From contig NC_090362.1 of assembly GCF_035084215.1 (NCBI RefSeq), positions 5,828,001-5,892,000 of the forward strand: a DNA stretch of 64,000 nucleotides, written 5' to 3'. The stretch is from Heptranchias perlo (taxonomy: Eukaryota). The notes below the pieces were generated by a model. That model was not told where the DNA came from, did no database searches, and worked only from the letters and a program-made list of their open reading frames with translations. Positions within the stretch are counted from its first letter, which is position 1, and each line of letters starts with the position of its first letter. Position numbers and translations under genes: made by a program. Positions 10,856 through 22,914 of the stretch are shown piece by piece.

Positions 10856-13800
10856 CTGTTAAAGATACAAATGTTGCAATATTTTATCGTACACACTATG
10901 GACAACCCTTAAATTATAATTTAATATGTAGCTCTATTAAAAGTCTTGTATATAGCAGGCACTTCTTTAAGCATCACACTTGCGTCGTCACACATTATCC
11001 GTCACACTTTACCGTATCGTCTCACTCACTGTGAGCAATGCCACGGGAGTTCGGCTGGAAATACATTGAAAACCTTGGCCCTGATATTCCAATGGGGAGC
11101 CAGGGCAGATGCCAGGGGAACTCCTGCACTGGAGGGGAATTGGGGACGGAGCCCAGATTTCTACCCTGTTCAAAATGGGCCGAACAACAACAAATTGCAT
11201 TTATATAGCCCCTTTCACAAACTCAGGACACCCCAAAGTACTTCACAGCCATTTAAGAACTTTTGAAGTGTAGTTCATGGCCGCAAATTTGTGCACAGCA
11301 AGATCCCACCATCAGCAATGAGAAAAATGACCAATTAAACTATTTTAGTGAAGTTAGTTGAGGGATAAATGTTGCTCAGAACACTAGGGAGAGCTCCCCT
11401 GCTCTTCTGGATGGGATCTTTGATGTCCACCTGAGAGGGCAGACAGGACCTTGGTTTAACGTCTCATCCGAAGGACTCCATCAGTACTGCACTGTCAGCT
11501 GAGATACTGCACTCAGGTCCTGGAGTGGGGGTTGAATCCATGACCTTGTTAGTCAGAGGGAAAAGCTCTACCACTGAGCTAAAGCTGATAGTGAGCTTGG
11601 ACTGGAGTCTTGGGTAGACCAGACCAGGTAGGGGTGACAGGCTCCCATCAGCTTTTCTGGTGCCATCCCATAAATGACCAGATTTATGCCATTTAATTGC
11701 ACAATTTGCCATGGTGGAGTTTGAACTGGTGACCTCGGTTACTCGGTCAGCTCCTTAACCATTGGTAACTGGCAGTCTGCTTCACCCCTCCCCTACTGTG
11801 TACGGAAAGAAATCTTTCTAATCTCAAGTCTTGCTTGATGTTTGTTAATTCCATATTTCTGTCCTCTAGTTATGTCCTCGCAGCCCAAAGTTAAATAAAC
11901 TGCTTGCATCTGAATTACCCATTCGATTTCCAGTTTCAAGAGCTGGATCATGTCTCCTCTTCATCTTTTGCCCAATGAAAATAAGCTCAGACATGCGGAA
12001 ACATTTTTTTAATGCAGCGAGTTATTACGATCGGGAATGTGCTGCCTGAAAGGGCGGTGGAAGCAGATTTAATAGTAACTTTCAAAAGAGTATTGGATAA
12101 ATACTTGAAGGGAAAAAATTTACAGGGCTACGGGGAAAGAGCAGGGGAATGGGACTATTGGATAGCTCTTTCAAAGAGCCAGCACAGGCACGATGGGCCG
12201 AATGATCTCCTTCTGTGTTGTAACATACTACGATACTACGTGCGGTGACTCCAGTCTGATGTAGATTCTTAGTCTTAATCGCAGACTCCAAAGTACTGTC
12301 ACAAAAATCAAATCAACAAACGAGACAGCAACATTTCTGAGAAGTGCAAAAATAATAGGGCAGTAATCATAGAGGATTTCAACTACCCGAATATTAACTG
12401 GGATACAATCAGTGTGAAGGGTATAGAGGGCACAGAATTCTTCAATTGCATTCAGGAGAACTTTTTTAGCCAGTATTTAGCAAGCCCAACAAGGGTGGGG
12501 GGGCAGTTCTGGATTTAGTTTTAGGGAATGAAGTTGGGCAGGTGGAAGGAGTATCAGTGGGAGAGCATTTTGGTGGTAATGATCACAATTCAGTTAGATT
12601 TAGCATAGTTATGGAAAAGGACAAAGATAGAACAGGAGTAAAAGTTCTCAATTGGGGAAAGACCAATTTTACGAAGCTGGGAGGTGATTTAGCAAAAGTG
12701 GACTGGAAGCAGCTACTTGAAGGTAGAGCAGTGGGAGGCATTCACGGAGGAGATACTGAGGGTTCAGAGCAAATATGTTCCCACAGAGAAAAAGGGAGGG
12801 ACTCCCAAATCTAGAGCCCCTGGATGTCAAGGAGCATACAGGGTAGGATAAGGCAAAAAAGGGAAGCTTATGTCAGACACCGAGAGCTCAATACTGCAGA
12901 AAGCCTAGAGGAGTATAGAAAGTGCAGGGGTGAAATTAAAAAGGAAATTAGGAAAGCAAAGAGAGGGCATGAAAAAATACTGGCAAGTAAAATCAAGGAA
13001 AACCCAAAAATGTTTTATAAATACATAAAGAGCAAGAGTATAACTAGGGAAAGAGTAGGGCCTATTAGAGACCAAAAAGCAAACTTATGGTGGAGGCAGA
13101 AGACATGGGTATGGTTCTTAATGAATACTTTGCATCTGTCTTCACAAAAGAGGGGGGTGCAGAGATTGTAGTTAAGGAGGAGGAGTGTGAAGTATTGGAT
13201 GGGATAAACATAGTGAGAGAGGAAGTATTAGGGGGTTTAGCATCTTTGAAAGTAGATAAACCGCCAGGCCCGGATGAAATGTATCCCAGGCTGCTAAGAG
13301 AAGCAAGAGAGGAAATAGCGGAGGCTCTGACCATCATTTTCCAATCCTTCCTACAGGCGTGATGCCGGAGGATTGGAGGACTGCTAAAGTTGTGTCGTTG
13401 TTTTAAAAAGGGAGAAAGAGATAGACCGAGTAATTATAGGCCAATCAGCCTGACCTCGGAGGTGGGCAAATTGTTGGAATCGATTCTGAGGGACAGCATA
13501 AATCGTCATTTAGAAAGGCACGGGTTAATCAAGGACAGTCAGCATGGATTTGTTAAGGGAACGTCGTGTCTGACTTACTTGACTGAATTTTTTGAGGAGG
13601 TAACAAGGAGGGTCGATGAGGGAAACGCATTTGATGTAGTGTATGTAGATTTTAGCAAGGCTATTGCCAGGGTCCCACATGGCAGACTGGTCAAAAAAGT
13701 AAAAGCCCATGGAATCCATGGGAAAGTGGCTAGTTGGATCCAAAATTGGCTCAGTGGCAGGAAGCAAAGGGTAATGGTTGACGGGTGTTTTTGCGAATGG

Positions 13801-16800
13801 AAGGCTGTTTCCAGTGGGGTCCCGTAAGGCACGGTATTGGTCCCTTGTTTTTTGTGGTAGATATTAATGATTTGGACTTGAATGCGGGGGGCTTGATCAA
13901 GAAGTTTGCAGATGATAGTGTGGTTGATAGTGAGGAGGAAAGCTGTGGACTGCAGGAAGATACCAATGGACTGGTCAGGTGGGCAGAAAAGTGGCAAGTG
14001 GAATTCAATCCAGAAAAGTGTGAGATAATGCATTTGGGGAGGGCAAACAAGGCAAGGGAATACACAATAAATGGGAGAATACTGAGAGCTGTAGAGGAAC
14101 AAAGGGACCTTGGAATGCATGTCCACAAATCCCTGAAGGAAGTAGGACAGGTAGATAAGGTGGTTAAAAAGACATATGGGATGCTTTCCTTTATTAGCTG
14201 AGGCATAGAATATAAGAGCTGGGAGGTTATGTTAGAATTGTATAAAACATTGGTTAGGCCACAGCTTGAGTACTGCGTACAGTTCTGGTCACCACATTAC
14301 AGGAAAGATGTGATTGCACTAGAGAGGGAACAGAGGAGATTTACGAGAATGTTGCCAGGGCTGGAGAATTTTAGCTATGAGAAAAGATTGGATAGGCTGG
14401 GGTTGTTTTCTTTGGAACAGAGGAGGCTGAGGGGGGATTTAATTGAGGTGCATAAAATTATGAGGGGCCTAGATAGAATGGATAGGGAGGACCTATTTCC
14501 CTTAGCAGAGGGGTCAGTGATCAGGGGGCATAGATTTAAAGTAATTGTTTGAAGGATTAGAGGCGAGCTGAGGAGAAATTTTTTCACCCAGAGGGTGGTG
14601 GGGGTCTGGAACTCACTGCCTGAAAGGGTGGTAGGGGCAGAAACCCTCAACTCATTTAAAAAGTACATGGATGCGCACTTGAAGTGCTGTAACCTACAGG
14701 GCTACGGACCAATTGCTGGAAAGTGGGTTTAGGCTATGTAGCTCTTTTACGGCCGGCACGGACACAATGGGCGAATGGCCACCTTTTGTGCCGTAACTTT
14801 CTATGATTCTAAGAAGAAACGAATGACAACTTGGGGACAGTGAAGATTCCCTCTTGCTTTCTCCTGGCCTCATGTGGAAAGTGTTAAGATCTGTAGGGGT
14901 AGAAATTAATATTGGACTGTAATACAAAATGGGCGGAATCGTATCGGCCACCATTGATACGCCCGTCTGATATTCAATTCCATTGACTGCAGAGGGTCTG
15001 AATACCAAGCGGGGCGTATAATGGGCGGCCCAGGTAATACCACCCGTTTTGCACTGTCGTCCAAGAGCAATCTCTACCCCGTAGGCTTCAGGGCCAAGAG
15101 AGGTGGAAACTTACTTTTACGAAACCTGCTCAAATTTGGAAGTATCTTTTCCTTGAATTGCTGAATAATTTGCTCCACAACTTGGCGATTGCTGCCCTCC
15201 TCCACTGCGTACAGGTACTTGACCAGCAGGTGAGTATTTGAAAGGCTCCAGAGGTAGTCATCTCGCTGCAGACTCTTCAGGGTAGGGTGCTGGAATTCCT
15301 AACAATTGGACAAATCCATTACTTTCTCCCCACCAATACATCAATCGTGCCGTGTGATAACAATAACTCCCATGGATTGGTGATGGAATTCTGTACAATT
15401 CAGGTTCAAAAGGTCCAAGTTCAGGTACTGACAAAGTTCATTTTTGACCTAGACGATAGGAAACAATGAGGCTGGACCAAGATGGACACCTCCCTGCACT
15501 GCAGATTAAGGGAAAACTGAGGTAAACTTACTCTACACTGCTAGCGATTCGATACAGATGTGCCCCTCCAACATCAGCATGGAAAATGGATATATATTAA
15601 AGGACACTAAACCACCAAGGTTCAGACTCCATTCCCGACTGGGCCATTTTGTATGGGTGGCACCTTCTCTCACTGGGACCAAGGAAGTTACATTGAACAA
15701 CAAAGAAGACACATCTTCCTTATTGCCAAAGCTCTGGTTATAATTGCCAAACGCAGCTGTAAAATAGAAGAAAACGGTGCATATGAGGGGCAACTGGTCA
15801 CTTTCCACATACGTTAGGTTTTAAAATAAAAACCAGCTAAATTCGCATTGACCAAAACTTTCCAAAATTCAGCTATTGGTGTATTAATCTGAAGGGACCC
15901 AACCTAGATTATCAGACTTTCTGTTGTTTCATGCTGGGTATGACTCCTGTGATGCCTACAGACCATATATAAGGAAAGCTTTTTAAAGAATCTTGCCGTA
16001 ATTTATTTGGTGTTGTCAGGCTAAAGAAGCTCCAAAGCAGGTCTGGTTTGTTACGATCGGGGGATCTACGATCTGGTCTACATGAACAGACTGATCACAC
16101 TGGATCCACTGGTGTGCCGTGCGAGACCCTTTTAAAGGATAATTCTTGAGGCAAATTACACCGACTTACTTCAAGAACCTTGTCCATTTGAGCAAGAGTT
16201 CGGCCAGCTTTGTATAAGATCTGTGGGCCTGGTGGGATTTTGGCTAATGGAATTCCTGGAAGGTAGTTCAGTAACCGGACCATGTGGGTCTTATATTCTT
16301 GCCCACAATCTGTAAAATATAAGAGCAAAGTATTCTTGTTAAATTAGTTAGCTTAATCTTTTGGAAGTTAAACGATGCCAATAGATACTGATTTCTAATT
16401 AGTTATAGTGTTTACAGGGTTTATGCAAATGTGGACATTTATAAAAAGGTGACTTACAAACTTTAATGAGTGTGTGACTGGAGTCAACCAGAACCTGAAC
16501 CCAATGTACAATAATCAATAAATGATACTCACCAATCGTCTCCAATGACATAATCTTGCCATCAACGGTCGGGATTGTTGTAGGCGAGGGAAAACCTTTC
16601 TTGTTCAAAAATGTCATGATTCGTGTTTGTGCTTCAACCAAATCGGCATCTTGACTATCGACAGTGTTCAGCACTTTGAGGATGTAGCCATTACTGTGAT
16701 CTCCGGTCCCCTTGGTCTCAGATACCAGGATGTGGAAGTTCTGGTCAATATAACTGGGCAATGGTTGGACACTGGAGACCTTTAGATCGTACAGCTGTCC

Positions 16801-16869
16801 AACCAACTCAACAGCCTGGGCTTCACTCAGTGAGGGTTTGATGAGAACTGTTTTCTCTGTGGAAGACAT
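10386..16869 (-). CDS. HYKK: Hydroxylysine kinase, copy 2, complete: complement(join(10386..10855,15115..15298,16170..16309,16533..16869)), 376 aa
   Basis: Exons of 337+140+184+470 = 1131 nt with compatible phases and GT/AG sites; [19 protein letters not shown]...[10 protein letters not shown]...YILKVLN...VRLLNYLPG...HGDFSHSN...LDFSD; next to PSMA4 as in the known HYKK-PSMA4 synteny. Confidence 0.93.
11195..11590 (-). mobile_element. Deu-domain SINE in HYKK intron
   Basis: Reverse complement of the ggatgagacgttaaacc...agatcccat Deu core and of the tail. Confidence 0.75.
11990..12235 (+). mobile_element. CR1 LINE 3' fragment
   Basis: [14 protein letters not shown]...FKR.LD.YL...[12 protein letters not shown]. 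Confidence 0.85.
12345..14810 (+). mobile_element. CR1 LINE, degenerate ORF2 (endonuclease C-terminus, tether, RT) and 3' UTR
   Basis: Frameshifted ORFs 12542..14552 with [41 protein letters not shown] and LVRPQLEYC. Confidence 0.95.
14896..15080. mobile_element. MITE with GGGGTAGA...TCTACCCC TIRs and 3-bp TSD GTA (Harbinger-like)
   Basis: gta|GGGGTAGAAATT ... AATCTCTACCCC|gta; truncated counterpart at 1589-1750. Confidence 0.75.
15115..15298 (-). CDS. HYKK: HYKK copy 2, third coding exon
   Basis: 184 bp with AG/GTAAGT; R/Q difference versus copy 1. Confidence 0.9.
16170..16309 (-). CDS. HYKK: HYKK copy 2, second coding exon ([18 protein letters not shown]...KVLE)
   Basis: 140 bp, phase 1 to 0, AG/GTAAGT. 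Confidence 0.9.
16533..16869 (-). CDS. HYKK: HYKK copy 2, first coding exon
   Basis: ATG directly after a ttttcAG acceptor; GTGAGT donor; 337 bp. Confidence 0.9.
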
Positions 16870-17580
16870 CTGAAAAACATCAAAATAATGAAACCGATGA
16901 AATTAGGGAATGTGATGTTCTGACAAATGCAACTTATTCTTAACTCGCTCATACATAATCACTGCGTATCATTTACTGGCTGGCAGGTCATTTATCAGGA
17001 CCTCAGCTGGAGGGTGTAAAAAAGGACGCCCAGATGCAGCAGTTACAACAGCACTTACAAAAAATGCAACTATCGGCAGCCTGAAATATGGGACATGCCC
17101 GAGTAGGCCCAATGGGCCAGAATCAGATCACCTCAGAAGGGTAAGAGATATTCAACCAAGTGATGGTCCACCTTAACAGGTATGAGGGAAAATGGAAACC
17201 AAAATTTGAATTTAAAAAGCTGCAGCATTTCTTACGTTTAAAAGCCTCTTCTTTAAAGAATCTGTCTGTATGATATTGTTTTCGTTGTCGGCTCCACCCT
17301 CTTTTTGGTGTCGGCGCCTCCCTCTTCTTTCCACAGAGGTAAAAGCAAGTTTAACCCTCTGTGGTCTTGTCTTTTATGACAGGATTTTAAAGCATCCTTG
17401 CTGTGAGCGTATAAAAGATGTTCATTTCAAATTAAATATAAGGAAAACTTTTGTGCTTTACATTGGCACAAAGCATCGTTTTATTAATTTGGTCATGGCA
17501 AGTCATATATTATGCACTTGTCATGTAAGTAAATAAATAATGATATCAGATATTCACCAAGAGCTTTCCAAGGTTGGATC

Positions 17581-19699
17581 ATGAACATATTGGTGGCCTG
17601 TCGTGATGGGATGTGTCTTGTTCCTCGGGGAAGCCAAACACCTTCGGAACAACTGGGACTGTTTTGTCACGAGTTATACCACCAATGACACCAGGCCGTG
17701 GTCAACACGGGACTCTTTGGCACATGTACCCGCAGGAAAAGAGCTTCGATTGACATGTACGGGTATCGGCGAGGGAAAAGAACCAGCTACCATCAAGTGG
17801 TATCGTCTGAGTGCGAACACCAGTAAGGACAGTGACTTGGTGCCTTTTGGCATGCTCTATCTATGGGGGACAGTAAGGATACCTTTGCGTTCCCTAATGG
17901 GACATGGACAACTACAAGCTCTCTCAATTTCCCTCAGGTCTGGAAGCGACATGCCGACTGCTACAGGTGCCCATCCAGAGGAGAAACCAGGAGGCTGTCA
18001 TCCTGGTCCTTCTGCTTTAATGTAATCGAGAATGCAAAGTTGTCAGATGCAACCGCCCATTCAGCCTCTACTGGGTGCCCGCTTACGGACAAAGGTATGT
18101 TTTTGAAAACCAATGGTTTATTGGTTTTCAAAAACATATCAGACCCTATAGAATGAGGTGAGATTTGACATCTTCCCTGTTCTGTTTGATTTTTCAAAAG
18201 TTGCTCTGTTACCAGGTTTGTGGAATGAAACTTATGAGAAATTCTACCAGCAGATGTTGTGCAAGAAACTTAGACAGTTTATGGAGAGAAACTCAGGTCG
18301 GGACATAGACAAAGTTCCAAGGAATAACCCCACACCCCCCAGTAGACAGGAAAGAAAACGGGAAGTGGCTGAATGGTTGGATATAGGGGTTATAACAGGA
18401 ACGGCCGCTCGGAACAGGATAGACATAGAGAGTATGTTGGAACATGATGAAGCCGTGCGAAAGCAATTAAAAGGCATTATGAAAGGGGAGAATAGGATAG
18501 TGACAGGGTCATTGTATGAACAGCAACAAGTTTTAGTGTCTTTAAAGGAGATGGTCGACAACTTTCGACAGACTCAGGAAAAGGTTAATACAATGGTCAG
18601 TGACATGAAGACATCTAAGATTCAGATCGCCAAAGGAAATACGTGCAGCATGTACTGGGCGTTTATGCTGTCTCAGGAGCAAAAGGGATTGGAAAACATT
18701 GAGAGAAATCACATCCCTTCTTTTATAACAGATGAACAGCGAGATAAATGGACCGGTGAGAATGGAGGAAACCACAGTAATATCAGGCGCCTGGGATCTT
18801 TATACCCAGTGAGACACTCCTGTGAAGACGGATCCATGCCTTTCACCTGATCAGAAGCCTTCAGAGGTCATTAAGGCGGTGACTATAGGCATCCTTGAAG
18901 GTGACATACATAAAGAATTTGTCAACTACCCAAAGGTATTGACAAAGGATGGTGAAACCTGGGTGGCACCAGATTTAACTTGCTGTACTCAGATCAAGGG
19001 GACATGGATGTGTCAGTGCGATGTCACCCAGAATAGTATCCTGGCTTGTGGTTTCACCCTAGATGAGCACTCTCCCAACTGTACTGTTAGTATTAGAAGA
19101 TGGAAATCGGGACAGGCAAAGCACGGATACATGGGAAGAGGTCGCTACTGTGTGATGACATCAGACTTGACTTATCGCCATGGGAAACAGGAGAGCCCTG
19201 TACTAACACCATCATTGTGCTTTGCCCCTGAATTAGGTACGAGAGTTGTGAGTTCTGTCCTGATCCCAGTGAACATTTATAATGTTACGGAAATTCAGAT
19301 GGAAATCAGTTTAAGGGAAGAAGCTCAGAAGGCAATTATACAATTTGGACATCCGATTCCACCACTGTCACTGAATCTTAAAACTCTACTCAACCGGACG
19401 GTCACATCAGGGCATCACCTATTGACCTACAACAACAAAATGTGGCCTTAGAAATCGATATTGGACAGCTAGAGGAATCTAAATGGTGGGAAATAGTATA
19501 TAACGTAGGACAACATCCTTGGGCCAGAATTCTCTCACAGGTTTTAATCCTTTCTCAGTTTGTTCTGATTATAATTGTTATAATGTTTTGTGTAGTATTT
19601 TCAATGTATAAAAAGCTGAATACACAAACTTCTCTGTCCATCCGTGGACAAGAATGGTGGTACAACTATTGGTTATTTTTCAATGTGTATTGTGATTAG
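17581..19699 (+). pseudogene. Frameshifted retroviral env-like gene (signal peptide, Ig domain, basic cleavage site, fusion-peptide/heptad region, Cys-rich ectodomain, TM)
   Basis: Consecutive overlapping ORFs at 17603, 17863, 18158, 18822 and 19442; RQERKR|EVAEWLDIGVITGTAARNRIDIE; coiled-coil; C-terminal hydrophobic VLILSQFVLIIIVIMFCVVF; followed by PPT and LTRs. Confidence 0.75.
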
Positions 19700-19947
19700 T
19701 AATTATTTGGTATCGGTTGGGCGGGTCCTTATTGACAAATTGAAGCAATGTGTATATATACGTCTATGTGTGTTTATGTGAACATGATGATGATAAAATG
19801 TAAACCCAAGGTGATGTTGGGTGTTTTGGGGTTATTCTCACCCTATTGATCAGAGCAGATATCTGGTCCCCGGTCTAGCCAAGGAACACTTATACCTCAC
19901 GGTTCGGGGGTTCAGGAAAACGGGACTTATGCTAACGCCCCCGGTGA

Positions 19948-20924
19948 TGGATCACGTAGCCGAATAGCACAGAGAACACACAAACTCGGTGTTTGAATTG
20001 AATTGGAATGTTGGTTTTATTATACCGTCAACGCGAAGAAAATAACGATAAAAACGGTCCTACACAGTACGTTGAGTTACACACACCCACTACAGTACTT
20101 TATCCCGATAAACTAAGAGGTTGGTGGGGACCCTGGAGACACCCATCACACACACACACACACGTATGGTCGAGGCTCACCAATCCTTTGCACTTGCAGG
20201 TCTGGATGACCGGTTCTCTCACGTGGGGTTCGTTGGTTTCGCTGGAAGCTGCTCTCCTCCCTGGAGAGCTCGGGTGAAAAAAAAAGACGAGCAGGAACTA
20301 AGAGGAAGAGAGAGAGAGAGAGAGAGCTGGAAAAGAGATAAGAGCTAAGAGCAAGAACCAGAGACAGCAAACAAGAGCAAGAGAGCAAAACAAGAGAGCA
20401 AAACAAGAGAGAGAGAGGTTTCGAGCTTCCACTTATATACCCCTCTCTTACAATAGTTTTCGTCACTTAAATGAGGCACTTCCATGCCTGTTTAAACGGT
20501 CCTTAAGAATCTTTGATGGCTTTTGATGGTCTCTCATCATGTTGCAATTGCTTCTCTCGATGGGCCGTTGTTCTACGAATTCATTCCGATGGTCGAGCAC
20601 TTTCCACACAAGGCTCCCTTTTCATCCCACGTCCTAGGTGTCGATTGGTTGTGCATCAGAGCTGAGGCATGGCCCCGCCATGTCTGGATCAGTTGCCTCT
20701 CTCAATGGCCGACTGCCTCTCGAATTAGTGCTGATTGTTGACCACCTGCTGTAGGTTTTGCATTAAAACAGAGACATGTCTGAAGCAGTAATTCTCCCAC
20801 ATTCCACTGTGTGTGTTGTTGATTCGTCTGGTGACCTCTCACCTATCCTTCCATCTTAGGATTTTGGTCAATGGCCAAAGTTTTACATCCTCAGGGAAAA
20901 GGTGGAATTCCCAGAATTCTTACA
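19948..20924 (-). mobile_element. Solo LTR (977 bp) with 4-bp TSD GTGA, nested in the env element's 3' region
   Basis: The - strand begins TGTAAGAAT and ends CA; GTGA at 19944-19947 and 20925-20928; TATATAA near 20432-20438 and AATAAA near 20017 on the - strand. Confidence 0.75.
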
Positions 20925-20958
20925 GTGATCGTAGGTAAATATGACCCAGAGTGGGGTC

Positions 20959-21676
20959 TGTGAGACAAAGGGAGCCAACATTCCACAGGAAATGATAAGT
21001 CTGACATCAGGCAAAGTGATTGGGAAGATTGCAGAGACAATAGAAATGTGAATCAGACACACTGAAGACTAATTGTCAGAAACAGATAACAGAAGTCCCA
21101 AGGCATAATCAAAGGCTCAGGACATCGACACAGAATAATCATGTTACGTTAATTGCAAGAGCTTTGTTCAGACAATCAGGTAACCTTTATGATTGGCGTA
21201 CACAGGATGAGTCATCTTAAATATCTGCAGCTGAACAATCCAAATTAAGATTGTGAAACAAAAACAGGACAGGCTGCAGCCTGCCCACACAGAAAGATAA
21301 GGGCATGTCCCTCCCCCATAAACTAGGTAGAATTGACAACAGTTAACCTCATAGAAAAGGTATCTGACAAACAGTTAACACCATAGAATCGATATTCAAA
21401 AGATGTCTGAAACAATGGGCACCCTGGGGGGAAGATGCCCAGGGCAGATGACATCATGGGGCTAATGTCATTAAATTACTAGAAGCAAATATGCTTCAGA
21501 ATGATATAAGAACTGGCGCATCGTCCTATTAAAAGTTAGAAGCTTCTTGGGACACCGGAGGTTCACATATCCTACGAACCAGGTCTGATCATCCTGACAT
21601 CTCCTAGGGACAAGCAGACTGTACAATACTTGTTTATTTGATATGACTGCACCAGATACTTGCTGTATTTCCAACA
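20959..21676 (+). mobile_element. Probable 3' LTR of the env-bearing element
   Basis: Purine tract agagtgggg(tc) then TGTGAG...CCAACA; TATA-like GATATAAG near 21503. Confidence 0.5.
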
Positions 21677-21822
21677 AGTATGTTTATATTATGTGTGCTT
21701 ATGTAAACCCAATGTTGATAAAATGCAAACTCAAATTGATCTTAGGCAAGACCAAGAAGAAAGTTGAGGGATAAAGTGAAAATTGAACCAGAGAGGTTTC
21801 ACTCAGGTTCAAGAGGAGGGAC

Positions 21823-22628
21823 TGTAAGAATATGGTTTAAAACTAGGAATAGTCAAGTATCCCATCTTACATAGCTCGCATAGGGCTACCAAACATCTTA
21901 GCAAGAGGGTGGATATTGGAAGGGGCGGAGTCGTGTCTCGGTGTGTGAACAAAGACACTTTGTATTAGACAGAGAGTGCTGAAACTTCAGAACTATAAAA
22001 CATACAAAGTAAAGAGATGGCCGTAATCACGAAGTTATAATGTCAGAAGGGGGTCTACACCAGAACAAGAGATGTGGTTGCTAAGAAACCAACATTGGTG
22101 GGGCCCTGCAAGGCCAAAAAGGGGGGCTGTACTTAGATAAGGAAGGCCACACATTCCTCAAAGGAAGAAACAGCCTGTAAACAGAGATGAAGGCTGAGGT
22201 CATTAACTACGTTACGTAAAATAGCTTATCTTGAGTTGCTAACATAGCGTCAACACGGTGGGATGACTTATGACCAGGAGATAAGACCAGAGATGCTTAC
22301 ATGCAAAACAATGTGCCAAATAGTATAAAGGCAGGGTATGTTCCCTCTCAAAGGTTAGAGCTCTCAAGAGGACAGTCAGAAGTCCACTGCCCCAGGCAGC
22401 CACAGAGGTCAGATCTGATCAATCTGAGTCCACAAGCAAACCAAGTTATATTAATTGCTTGCCATTTAATGTAATCTGACAACTGTATTGTAATTATTAT
22501 ACTGTTGTTAGTCAATATATTAAAGCTTCTTGTTTAATAACTATTCATGTCAGTAGCATGCGGAAGTTATTGTTGAAGGATTAACAACCCGTTTGTTGCG
22601 AGACAGTAACAGGAAAAATCCGCCAACA
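21823..22628 (+). mobile_element. LTR preceded by polypurine tract
   Basis: AAGAGGAGGG(ac) PPT at 21811-21820; TGTAAGAAT...CCAACA; TATAAA near 22324; ATTAAA near 22518. Confidence 0.75.
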
Positions 22629-22914
22629 GCATATGATATGTTCTAGTAAGCTGGAGTACAAGGGTTCTTTGTTTGACCCCTTGATCTCATTACATGTACC
22701 TGGGTATTGGTCAGGTACAGTCACTCTCTGGTTCATGGGGGCAGGTGAGTGACACTGAACCCAAGAAGAACATCGAGCATCAAACCCAAAAAAACCAAAT
22801 ATGCAATAAGAGAATCAGGGCCTCTTGGTTTTGTTGGATGTCAAGCCAGGGGAAACATCCTCCCTGCAACAAGTCTGTCTAGCCCTGTCAGAATCAATAA
22901 GAAACGTATAAAAT

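Larger units (their letters stand above)
8673..15704 (-). repeat. Right arm of inverted duplication (part alignable within the window)
   Basis: Reverse complement of 965..5634 apart from arm-specific indels. Confidence 0.93.
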
